Shown piece by piece: positions 22,856 through 34,981 of a stretch of DNA of 64,000 nucleotides. The notes under the pieces were generated by a model, which made no database searches, had not been told where the DNA came from, and saw nothing but the letters and a program-made list of their open reading frames with translations. Numbering within the stretch: the stretch's first letter is position 1; each line of letters begins with the position of its first letter. The position numbers and the translations under genes were made by a program. Origin of the DNA: Azolla caroliniana (Eukaryota; Plantae; Polypodiophyta); the NCBI GenBank assembly GCA_043228905.1, contig JBHGNT010000001.1, positions 3,038,001-3,102,000 on the forward strand, read 5' to 3'.

Positions 22856-25800
22856 ATGGGGAGCAGCAGAGACGAGATGGAGAGGGCTATGCGAAACTCA
22901 CAGCTTCAACACGGTTCTCTCTATCTCTCTCTCTCTCTCTCGCGTGTTCCTTTGTCCTATACGTGCCTGTCATTGATAATAATAAAAAGCTCCATCATTT
23001 TGTATTACCTTGCATTTCTAGTTGCTGCTACATATTCATTTTGTTCATGCTTTCTGGTCACCAGAGGCACTTTACTTTGTCTTCTCTGTTTGTTTTCATG
23101 ATTTATTCCCATGCCCTTTGTGTAACTGTGCACGGAAAATGCTTATGTTGCGTTCTCTTTTCACTGGCACTGCCCTCGCCTCGGATATATCTCCATCCTT
23201 CTAACCACCCAACCCATATGATGCTTATGTTAGTAAGATACCGATTTCAGTTTTTACTTCATGCCTGTTGGATAAACCTGAGATTTTGTACAGGATTTTC
23301 TGATTTTGCTGTCTCAAGGCCTGATGTGTTTTCATCAATTTAGAGACATCTCTATCCTTGACTGGCTCTATGGCGGACATATTGAAAAAATATCAAATTC
23401 AGTGCGCAGATATTGCTCTCTCTTTCTAGCAAGGCCTGATGTGTTTTCATCAATTCAGAGACATCTCTATCCTTCACTGGCTCTATGGTGGACATATTGA
23501 AAAAATATCAAATTCAGTGCGCAGATATTGCTGTCTCTTTCTAGCAAAGCCTGAGGATGAGAGAGTGAGTGAGATTGTCGCATACATGAAGGAGAAAATA
23601 GTGGGTAGTGCAGCTTTTTTTGTGACTCTGTGGGGGATGCCACAGTAGCGGAACCAATAGACATGCCGGAGGATAGAATTTTCAATTTCAATCTCCAATG
23701 TATCAGAATGTTGTTCTTGAATGGGGGGATTGGTTCTACACTTCATGTACATCCTATTCTTTGAGAATGCTACTAGATGACTCAAGAGATTCCATACTAT
23801 GGTTGCTTCCCAATTTTTTTTGCTGTTAATTTGTGGAAATGGTTTGCAAAACCCATATTTGAATCCCTTGCATACCAGACATAAATGATGTAGTTGTAGC
23901 ACTATCCATTGGCATACCCCAGGTTGTTTATTACCTGTCATGGATTTAAACATTGTCCAGGGCGAAGATGTTGGGGACTCGCCCCATCCCTGGTAGTACC
24001 TGCATTAAACTAGACACTTTGGGTGAAAGATTCGGGTCAGTAACCAAATCTTTGAACCTTCACCTAGATCAAATGTTTCTATATCTTTGAACACTTGATA
24101 GTTTTTGAGAATCTTTCATCTCTGGTTTACTCTGTGGAACGTTTCCTACAGATGGTGTTACAAAACTCAGATCATGCTCTTTATCTATATTTTCTCATGT
24201 GTCATCACTCATTTTAGAAGCTATTTAACTAGAGTGAGATGCACTAGGGGATTTAGCCAAGGAACATAAGTGGGATAGGTCTGGACATGACCAGCATGCT
24301 CAGTCAATTATAAATGGAGGCTCAGTCTCATTTGTGGCATACTGATCTCAACTAGCCAGAGAGCTAGTATACACCCAGTGAGATGAGGATAGCTTAAAGT
24401 CACCTTGACGAATGGATAATATGGGATATGATCTTGCTGTTATTTGGCAATATTTCATTTGGTATTATGATATAGTAGGTCATTGTGATGAAAAACATGA
24501 TTGAGGTACCATGCAAAGGTAACATATTAATGGTATAAGCTTGAACATGTTATTCTTTGAATAAATGACAGAAAAGGATGAGCTCCACAGCAATGTAGAA
24601 CAGCTTTCAGGGACAACAAATATCTTTGGTGGCATTGATTTTGTCTCTCTATTACAAGGTCGAAGGTACATCTTCGTTTAAATTTTGTTTATATTTGGCA
24701 ACACTTTTCATTCTTGTATGTTTTGAAGCATGTTTAAATATGTATTATGTATTTGATTTTTGCTTAGTCTTTCCTATGTTTACTGTGAGCCATTTTTTGC
24801 TGCAAAAACCATCTACGGCATTAAGAAGATGTTGTAGACCTGTATGAGATTCAGAGACCAAGATTATGTCATCAGCATACAGATGGATGTGAACGGGTGT
24901 ACCTAATATCATGATTCTCTTGCCATCTCCAAATATGATGTAATCCACGGCATCATTTATGTAGAGTCTGAAGCCAGTAGAGGAGAGTAGAGAAAATGGA
25001 ATTTTCCTGGATATTTTTAATCCTTTCTACACATACTAAAACATCAAATATTCTTAGACTGAGAGTAATGATAATGGCTTGTAAGATAATTCAAATTGAA
25101 AACCTCATTGTATGAAGAGTAAAGTTCCAGTCTCTAATGAATCTTGTGAGGGACATGCAATGCATTATAAAATATTCACGGGTATAAAAATTCCTATGAT
25201 CATGATGACTGAAAAATATTCAAGTAAAATACTCATGGATACAAAAATTCCTTCGATTAGGCCCAGTGGGGTAAAAATGCTGCACAAGAATTTGCAGAAA
25301 ACTAAAATATTCCTATAGGAGAGTAATTGCAATGGTTTGTAAGATAATTCAAGGGGAACAATTCATTGTGTGAAGAGACAGTCTCTAATGGATCTCGTGA
25401 TGTGCATGCAATGCATTATTATTTGCGTTTATGCGTAATTAGAAATGAAGTATTGATGGGCACAAAAACTCGTATGCTTATGATGACTGAACTATATGCA
25501 CAACCTTTGTATTAGGCCTAGCGGGGTAGAAAATGTCTTACAAGAATATACTCAAAAACTAGAAATTTGTCAGAGGGAGAACATCAGGTTGCAGGAGGAG
25601 TTGTCGGAGGTTTATACAATCAAGGTGAGTGTGTCCTTGTGATCTTGCATGAAGTTAGGTCGATATAATCTGACATATTTTCATGGCCATTGCTGACAGA
25701 GCAAGTTTGCAGAATTATTGAAAACAGAAACTGAAAAGGTATCGATATTCAATATAAATGGTACTCGGATAGTGGGTGCTAGTTAAGCTTGAGAATATGC

Positions 25801-28800
25801 ATGTTTGTGACAGAGTTCCAGTCTAGAAAAGGAAGTAAAATTTTACCAGAATCAAGTAGCTGCTGCTCTTTCTGACAGGGATCGTTCACTGTTAGAGGTC
25901 AGATTGCCAATAGCATGATATGACAACTGAAGACATTTTCGTTATATAAGTATTTTTTATGTCAAGATAGTTTAATGCATATTTATGCTGTACCATTTCA
26001 TTTTATATGCATTACTATACAGATTCAGGCATTTCAAAGGAGAGAAGTTGTTGCAATGAAGGAAAGAAATGAATTACTAAAAAGGTACATGGATTGCCTA
26101 TTTTGAGATTGTTCGTATTATTATACATGGATGCAAAGTTTCTTTTATCTGACAACTTTCAATTTTTTTAAATTCTCTGATGAGTTAGATTGGATCTGAT
26201 AACTTCAGAGTATGACAAAGAGCAAGATAGGTATAACGAACTGCAACAGATTCAGGAAACATTCAAGGAGGAACTTGGTATCTACAGGGAGGTATGCTTA
26301 ATTTAGTACAAGTGTCTGACTTTTGAGTCTTTGAATTTTCTGGTGAAGGAACTGGTGACTTGAGATGCAGTTGGTTGAAAGATTCTGGAGACTGCGAGGT
26401 CAAGTAGTTGAATTTTCTGATGGCAAAACAGCTCAGGAGAAGGCAGTGATCCTTCTACAAGATCCAGAAGGACTTTGGAGCTTTGGCGAAATGATAAAAC
26501 ATCTCAATGATCAAATCATTCAAGCTAGAGAAGACTTGGTATGAAGCAATCATTGAGGTCCTAAATTTATTGAAACATTTTGGGTATTGTGCTATTTACC
26601 ATCCTGATGTGCTCTAATTTGATATATATACAGACTGCCTGTGAAGAAAACTCTCAGGTTTGCATTGTCTTCTTGAGAAATGTACAAGAAAATACAATAT
26701 TTGCCGTGTTTCAACCCCACCTTTATAAATTTATTTTATATGTTTTGCTATTTATAGGAAAATAATAGTCAACAGTATCGAGACTCTGAGGATATCAATG
26801 TGGTCTCTCATTGTAGAAAGCAGCTGGTATGCTGTTTGGATATTTGACGGGCATGGGTCCGTATGATGCTACCTGATGCCTAGTTATTGTAGTCTTGTTT
26901 TGCAGAGCTTCTCACGACCAAAGTGCAGCAGCTCCATTCTGCCAATAAAAACCTGAAAGATGACATTAATTTCTTCATCAAAGAGGAAAAGAGTAGAATT
27001 TTATCTTTATTAGAGTTTTGCAGACACCACGGAATCTGTTATTCGGGTGACTCAGATACTGTGGAAGATTTGAATGGTGTATGTGAAGTTAACAAAGCAA
27101 CTGGCAGGGTGTGTATATTTTTCAAGACATCCTGAGAAGTGAATGGTAGTTAAATCATTTGGAGATGTGGGCGTTCTTCATAATAGAGTAGCATCTTAGG
27201 TTCATTTCACCAAATTTACCATGTGATGGTGACAAAAGATTGCTAGTTGCAACATGCAATGAGATTAAATTGCTAATGATTCCAATTATATCTTACATTT
27301 CTGAGGCATTTTTGGGGTTTGAACCTTACATCTTCTTTCTGTAAAATAATCGATTAATGGATCTGAACATTGATAAAGTGCATTTTTTGCAGCATGAAAT
27401 GACTGAAGAGGAACAGAATTTTGAATCAGGAAAGAAGGGAAGAGAATTAGCTATATCATTGCAGGAACCTACTGATAACATTGGTCTGGAAAATTTTGCT
27501 CTGACACAGGACAATATGGTAATGTATTGTACAAGTGGATATCATTTACATACTCCATCTATTAAGATACAACAACATTATGCTTAGTGTGATGGTAACT
27601 GAAGTATTGGTTGTAATGTGATGGCAATATTAATTGCATATCAGTTTGAAATTTCTTGTGATTTGTATATTACAACCTTGCACATGGCAGTTCTAGGATT
27701 TTTTTATCGTCTGATTGTCTTTCTAAATATACTTCAGTACTGTCTTCTGTCCTGGCATTTCATTACTGTTCAGACAATTCTATTTTCAGGCGTCTGATTT
27801 TTTTATGCATCAACAAGATGACATACATCTTTTGGTATCTGAAGTTGCTGAAATCTCTACGCTTAAGCAACAGCTTTTACAGGTGATGAACACGCATTAG
27901 TTTTAGTATGTTTAAAACACACATGGAATAGCTTGATGTGAGCAATATTCACTGTCAGATTTATGGTGAGATGGGCTCACTAAAAAAATGGGATATTTAG
28001 GTTTGCAGGTAACTAGCGAGAAGGTGAATGCTCTTCTGCAAGTGGAACAGTGGCAAAAAGAATGCGTGATGTTACAGGATCAAGAGAGGTAGTACTCAAA
28101 GTTTATCCCCTGCTTCTATACATTTTGTCTTTTGAGCAAAAATATACATGCAGAGAACAAAGAGTATATCCGAAAGATATATTCTCAAGGAGGCATGCAG
28201 ACTCTTCATCTGGTGACAAAAACACGAGATCTCATATCCCTGAGGGTACAAAAAAACCATTGTTACAAGGCTATCTCAAGCATTTATGGCCACTTGGATG
28301 GGGATCGAGCATGGCAACAAAGAGTTTCATTAATGTTTCATCGATGAATAGAAGCAAAGAGAGTGATCCTGGAGAGGCTGCCAAGTGAGTACATATATAT
28401 GTATATATGTGCTATATACTGATAATATACTCGTGAGCTTGTGTCTTCCTGAGATCCACACTTCAACTAACTAGATTTGTTTTTCCCAAGATTGCGTATC
28501 AACAATGCAGTTTTGCAAGAAAATTTATGGTGCATACACAATCTCTGCAAATCAGTGAAGCAGCTTCGTCAGACGATAGCTAAAGTAAGTATGGCACCTC
28601 ATAGCTCTGCATCTCAAATGATGTCTAGGGTTATTGTTGATGACCTGTTTCATTCAGGCTGGAATTGAACCGATGACACAAATGGACATAGATGCAGTAA
28701 CTGCTTTGGATGGTGTTATCTCTGAAGCCTTGAACCTAGAAATTGCCCTTAAGCTCTCCTTGCCTTCCAATGATGTAGAATGGGATAACATTGAATCCTC

Positions 28801-28972
28801 CATAGTAGAGGAGGTGGTTTCCCGACATGGCTCAGATGGTGAGACAACAAATGATGATGTTGACACAGTTGTTTTTTACGGGTTGGAGATGGTTCGTTTG
28901 GTGCTCTTTGCTGCCAACCTACAGAGAAGATTCATACAGAAGCCACAATCAATACAATATGCTTTAGGTTAG
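22856..28972 (+). CDS. MEE13-like (myosin heavy chain-related) coiled-coil protein, ~17 exons
   Basis: Spliced reading QLQHEKDELHSNVEQL...CQRENIRLQEELSEVYTIKSKFAELLKTETEKSSSLEKEVKFYQNQVAAALSDRDRSLLE...QVTSEKVNALL resembles Arabidopsis MEE13 from memory. Exons: 22856-22913, 24572-24666, 25516-25624, 25700-25738, 25814-25897, 26023-26084, 26189-26291, 26371-26538, 26634-26657, 26758-26826, 26893-27108, 27393-27518, 27790-27882, 28009-28088, 28154-28384, 28491-28584, 28658-28972. Confidence 0.82.
23315..23554. repeat. Tandem duplication, 115-bp period, two near-identical copies (intron 1)
   Basis: CAAGGCCTGATGTGTTTTCATCAATT... restarts at 23315 and 23430, with a partial third start at 23545. 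Confidence 0.92.
23483..24100 (-). mobile_element. Degenerate non-LTR retrotransposon (LINE) 3' remnant
   Basis: Broken Trp/Cys/His-containing ORF fragments in an intron, reminiscent of the zf-RVT/C-terminal part of LINE ORF2. Similarity is weak. Confidence 0.35.
24745..24948 (-). mobile_element. LINE reverse transcriptase fragment
   Basis: HLYADDIILVSESHTGLQHLLNAVDGFCSKKWLTVNIGKTK contains the YADD motif and the downstream L..N..KTK motif of non-LTR RTs. Confidence 0.85.
25061..25575 (+). repeat. Degenerate ~260-bp tandem duplication that includes an acceptor site and a pseudo-exon copy of exon 3
   Basis: GAGAGTAAT...GTAAGATAATTCAA...ATGCAATGCATTAT...ATGATGACTGAA...ATTAGGCC.AG.GGGGTA appears twice (25061-25318 and 25319-~25575). 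Confidence 0.8.
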
Positions 28973-29509
28973 TTGCGTAATTGTATCATGGTGATCTTCA
29001 CCAAACTCCAAAGCTATGCTATATCGTTTTGGATATATTAATGTAAAAATTTTAGATCTTGAATTCATAGACAATGTAAATGGTAAATAAATATGATTAT
29101 CTTTGAATGTTACTGTGTCTTTACAAGTTCATGAAGCAAGGGCTATTTACTGAATCGTGCAGGATTGATGAGGAGAAAGGAAAAAGGAAAAACTAGAGAA
29201 GTATATTCCATATGATATTCATCCATTAGGAATTAGTTCAAGACATGAATTCCCAATTAAATATGCATGTTGTCTGATTAAATCTCTACTACTAAATTAA
29301 TGACTTTGTGGAGGAATCGTGATCTTTACCCCATCTCCACTTTTTGATTAAGGGTAGATGATGCATTATTATCCTCAGTTATACAGAAACTTTAAATATA
29401 TGTAGTTCACTTTTTTGTTTCATGGAAAAAAGACTTATCAAACTTGTAAACCTGGTGTTATTTACCTGCATATTGTAACTCAAACTAAAGCAGTGAAAAA
29501 TGTATGATA

Positions 29510-29682
29510 ACCATGGCATCGAGCCAATTGCTATAGACTTGAACCAACGGTGATAACCTAATGTAAAAAAGCATGAGATTTAACATTGTACCATCATTCA
29601 TGCCATTGAGCCAATTGCTACAATAGCAATAACCCTAATTTCAAAAGCCATGAGCTTTATCATTGAACCATCATGATTCACG
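29510..29682. repeat. Degenerate tandem duplication (~80-87 bp unit)
   Basis: CATG.CAT.GAGCCAATTGCTA at 29512 and 29599; ATAACC.TAAT...CATGAG.TTTA.CATTG.ACCATCAT also occurs twice. Confidence 0.6.
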
Positions 29683-31672
29683 TCATATGTTTGCAATCCA
29701 GAACTCCCAATATAGAGAATTCACTCTGTTGGATAAAGCTGATGCCTTCACATTGTGTCGTGTCACTACATATCTCGTTTGTTTCTTCTCTATACTCCCT
29801 ATACATGTAATCTCATTTATATTATATTTTGTTTTGTCTTCTTCACTAATCCTCTTGCAATGGTCTACAACACCTTTTTTGGTTGTGTTGCCTAGAGAAT
29901 TGATTTGGAAAGGAAGTCTTGTTTTAAATAAATGATTATAAAGAGAGAGACCTTGTTTCGTGAGAGACTCATTTACCCTACTACTTTGGTTTTTTGGTTT
30001 TTGATGAAGATAATATATATGTATCACAAATGCTTTAAATGTTAGCCATGGATGTTCGAGGATAGAAGTATTGGTCATTTACAAGAGATGTTTATGTATG
30101 TCATCCTAACACACTCCCATCCACACACATAGGATAAGGGGAGGGTGGGCATACACATACACACATACACTGAGGATAAAGGGTCTTCAATCCTTCTTTT
30201 CTCACGTCAAGATATTGAATTATTTTGAGTCACTATCCATCCTTTTCATGATTTAATCCATTTTGTGCATTATTTATAGTGCATGTCCTCTTCTTTCCTC
30301 ATTATTTAGAGAAAAGGTCAAAAAGACCCTTCATTTGGCCTAATCAATTAAGCCTTGTAGTGAGTATAAGTGCATAGTCTATGTATTGAATCGAATCTAA
30401 TTCTATACATGAAAAGTGCGACGACCTTTGGAAAGATGCTTGTCCAAATTCTTCTATCTATCTAGCTCATTGTGTTCACGAAAATAGCTTTCTTATTGTC
30501 AAAACTTGGCAACCACTCAAAACAAGCTTTATATAATGCTTTGTTCCTAGATGCTTTTAGACATAGTCATCAACTGTACGAGGAAGTTTATATTGATAAT
30601 GACATTATTAATCAAATGCTAATCAATCCATACATCAAAACTTTATAGAAAAGGAGGGGTTTTGGTTTATAAAACACTTAGACTTTCATGAGGCTAGTCA
30701 TGATGGAAATGGGTGCGATATGGCATATCCTTTACATTGCATATAATGGTTATTCTCTTATAAATCAATGGTGAGGGCAATTACACAATTATGACAAGGG
30801 GGTATTCTTGAATGCCCGAATATGCCCCATCACACTTGTGTAGGGCTTATTATCTCAACATTGCAGAGTTTCAACTTCTAATAGAAAAACGTTGCGAACA
30901 TGGGATGACAATTCAAAATTTAAACAAAACCAATAGTACCTCGAAATTGCAATAGGTGGACAACGAGAAGATACTAAGGTGTTTGCAAGATCCACGTTGA
31001 AGGAATTGGCCAAAATGATCCTATAATTCAAGTGAAGGGGTGCTCTCATAATAGAAGGAGACACGTCTTTGCGTTTTTTATGCTAATGGGCACACTACTA
31101 GACTACTTACTGCATGTTGTGTGTGATAGATAGCCTTCGCGACCCATGCTGTCAATGCAAAGATTTGAAGGCGAAGCGTGCACATCGATCAAGTACTACA
31201 AGAAGATGTGCGTTGTTGACTTGTGGAAGCCACCGAGCAAGATGTCTTTCTATATTCCCATTTCTAGCCCATTCTCAAATTACTACGTACGCTTGATGCA
31301 GTCCTTTCCGAAAGATTTGTAGGAGTCCAATGGTCTCTCTACCCATTCATTCCTTCTCTCCGAGGTAGGAAGAGGAGCTGCGGTAGAGGCATAAGAGCAT
31401 AGTTATTCATTCATGCATGCCACAACAATTAACATATAGAAGAGGGCTGGTTACACACCTACAGAATCATATATGTATATGTTAATGTTCATATGAAGAA
31501 GATATAAGACAGAGGAAACAGGGCATACAGAGCCCCCAGACCGCCATATCCAGTGGTGTGTGTCTTCTTCATAGGAAACGCAATAATAAGTAAGATACAT
31601 ACAGTACACACTCTGCTCTTTCCTCATCTGCTTTCCTTCTTCTTTCTTTGGAGGGGGGAGGGGCCTCTTGGG

Positions 31673-31716
<44 letters not shown>

Positions 31717-31903
31717 CCTCTGTTCCCATCCTCCGTGTTACTCAATCTGCTTGAATCTCACGCTCAGTGGTAACCGTTTTCTGCCCTTTTCCACGTCCAT
31801 TTACAATGTGTACTTCTCTCAGGAACAGAAACACCATTACTTTGATCAGAAGATTTCGTTGTTTTTAAAGGGGGGGAAATTCAGGTGCTCGCTTTTCATA
31901 GAC

Positions 31904-34900
31904 ATGTCAGGTGGGATATGCACTGCTAAGTTCCGTTTCTCACCATTGCACCATCCTCATCCTCGACCCCGATCTCGTCATCATCATCATGCAAGTTTCT
32001 CTCTTCCAGATATCACTTCTCATGGTGCTTCAAGCAAGGCCTTTGCGGGTTGCAATGATGCTATATCCGTGCTGAGACGGATGCCACGGGAACCTTTACA
32101 GAAATATCCTCGAGGTTTGATAGCTCCATATTTCAATGATTTGGATCGCAATGGAAAGTTTTGGCCATTCTATGCTTCGCTTTCTTCATACGAAGAGCAA
32201 AATTCTGGCTCTTCCTCAGAGAGAGATGTGGAATTAGAGTCCCCAATATCTGAGCCAAGCTCAGTGAATGGTGGAATGAAGGGTATGGCCAGTGCATTTG
32301 GCATAACTTCGCAAACAGCCTTTGCCATCACAACAGTGATCTCGATATCGGCTTTAGTTTTGCCCTTGTTTATGCAATCATTAGGAGCTACGGTGGCCAT
32401 TAAGACCAAAATTTTATCGTATATCACTCTGCTTTTTGGTTTTTACATGGCATGGAATATTGGAGCAAATGATGTTGCAAATGCAATGGGAACATCAGTT
32501 GGTTCGGGGGCACTCACTCTTCGCCAGGCTGTCCTAGCAGCTAGTATATTAGAGTTTGCGGGTGCTTTCCTGATAGGTTCACATGTGAGCCATACAATGC
32601 AGAAAGGGATACTAGTAGCAGATTTCTTTAAAGGGAAAAGCTCTTTGCTCTTTTGCGGGATGCTTTCATCTCTTGCCGCTGCTGGCACTTGGCTACAGGT
32701 ACTGGATCTTTTGCCTTTCAAAAACCACGATGATTCTTTGATATTTGGTGCAACAAAATTATTTAACTTTTTTAATATAAAAATGTACCAGTATTTATTC
32801 TGGTTCAAGCACAAGGTTTATCTATACTAGCTTAGGTCAGGGATCAATATTAATGTTATGAAAGGCATACAATGCAACTGGTTATCCAGTTATAAAAAGG
32901 CTCTATAAATTTGCCTCAATCACATAACCGAGAATTCACCTCATCACATCACAGACTGCTTGATCCAATACTCAAACTAACAAATATTTAGCTTTTGGTA
33001 ATTGTGCACTGTGTGATGAGGCTCATTTCCAATGATAATGGGCTTGAGTTAAATCTCTAAGTCCTCTAGAATAGGAATGGTGTTTATGTTGAACCCTGCT
33101 GCTGAGATTAAAGATATGGCAGACGCATCAGCAATTGGGTTCGCATGGGGCCGCTCTCAAGTCTCTTGTTGATGTTCACGAGAGGCAAGAAGGGGCAATG
33201 CTAGGTTGGTTGAATACCGAGCAGGTAGCAATGGCTATCTTTGTATTATGGAACTGTCGATGGCACTAAACAAAAAGAGACAACAAATAAAACACTAGCT
33301 TACTGGTTCGATCATAAATTAAGATATTACTTTTTGGGTGAATTATCTTGACAATATTGGAACACTCACTGTCAATAGTTTTTCAAGAATATGCCATGTA
33401 CCAAAACTTCTGAAGTTGAATTGGTAGGTTCGATGCTCGCAGTAGGATTTTTTTGTATGATTTTTTAGTGTGTTAAAATTGTGCTGGTTGTAATTTTCCC
33501 CATCCCTTGAAGTTTGACTGCTGAATGTTTGATTGTGTGAAGAGTCCTAGTGGGGAGTCAAATTGCCTTTTCTGACGACCAGAGCAAGTGTGGGAGTTGA
33601 TCGTATATCCTGTGGCAGGGGTTTGGGACCAACTCCCTTAGTCCTCATTTTTTGGTTTGATGCAGATGGATGGATTTCATTCTTTTAGACATTGCTGTTG
33701 AATATAAATTTGACAAAAGAAAACATGCGAGATGTACTGCAAAAAAGAATGTATGATAATTTTATTTTTCAGGAATGGAAGGTGAATGAAGTGCCGTATC
33801 ATTTAGTTTGGTCCATGAGATGTTTGAGTGATGCTAAAATATTTGGAGAAGTGCCATTTCTATTTGCTCATTATTCAACAAATCTTTCCATTGTTCAGGT
33901 GGCATCATATTATGGTTGGCCTGTATCTACAACTCACTGTATAATTGGAGCCATGGTTGGTTTTGGTCTGATTTTTGGAGGTGTTGAAGCGGTGTTTTGG
34001 AAATCGCTTGCAAGAGTGGTATCATCATGGATCGTTTCTCCTGTAGCAGGGGCATTGGTTGCATTTGTTGTCTACAAGTGCATCCGGGTGGTAAGATTGC
34101 ACAACATGAAACTTTGAATTGAACTTATTCTGTGGTTTATGCTGAGAACTAAAGAGAAATTATTGTAACAGTTTGTATACAGTGCTGCACATCCTGGACG
34201 TGCGGCAGCCACAGCTGCACCCATATTAGCGTTTCTTGGTGCCACCAGTCTTGTATATGCAGCATTTCCCTTAAGCAGCAGTCCTGTTATAGCAGCTCTC
34301 GAGGCACTGGGTTGTGGTATCGTAGGAGCTCTTTCTGTTAGTTATATTATTCATAAACAGCTTGGGGGTCTCCTCAACTCAACTTCAACCTCATCTGAGC
34401 CAAGACCATCACTGAAAGTTTCCTTGTTGTCGAAGGTGGAAGGACCCACTGGTGTGAATCTGAAAATCGTCTATACAGTTTTTGGATACTTGCAAGTTCT
34501 TTCAGCCTGTTTCATGTCATTTGCACATGGGGCCAACGATGTTGCCAATGCCATTGGACCCATCTCTGCTGCTCTGGCTATTCTTCAAGGAACAACTCTT
34601 GGCACTGATATTGCTATTCCTGTCGATGTGCTTGCTTGGGGAGGCTTTGGGATAGTTGCTGGATTGCTTGTTTGGGGCTACAGAGTGATTGCAACTATAG
34701 GAAAAAAGATTACTGAGCTGACTCCAACAAGGGGTTTTGCTGCAGAATTTGCTGCTGCTACCGTAGTGGTCCTTGCATCAAGATTAGGGTTTCCCATTTC
34801 AGCTACTCATACACTTGTTGGTGCTGTGATGGGGGTCGGGTTCGCACGAGGTCTTAATAGTGTTCATGGAGACACAATGAGAGAAATTGTTGCATCATGG

Positions 34901-34981
34901 ATAGTAACTATCCCCGTGGGGGCTATCTTATCGGTGGGTTATACTGCAGTTTTGAGGGTAATTATCCCATCACTAGCGTGA
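31904..34981 (+). CDS. PHT2;1: Plastid low-affinity phosphate transporter PHT2;1 (PiT/PHO4 family); 3 exons
   Basis: Transit-peptide-like N-terminus; both PiT signatures [20 protein letters not shown] and [15 protein letters not shown]; PVSTTH and [10 protein letters not shown]. Exons 31904-32698, 33899-34090, 34172-34981. Confidence 0.96.

Noticed and set aside
31553-31903. 117-aa N-terminal extension of the PHT2;1 ORF
   Set aside because: Starts at GTG and runs through a (CT)n leader; ATG 31904 gives a normal transit peptide.
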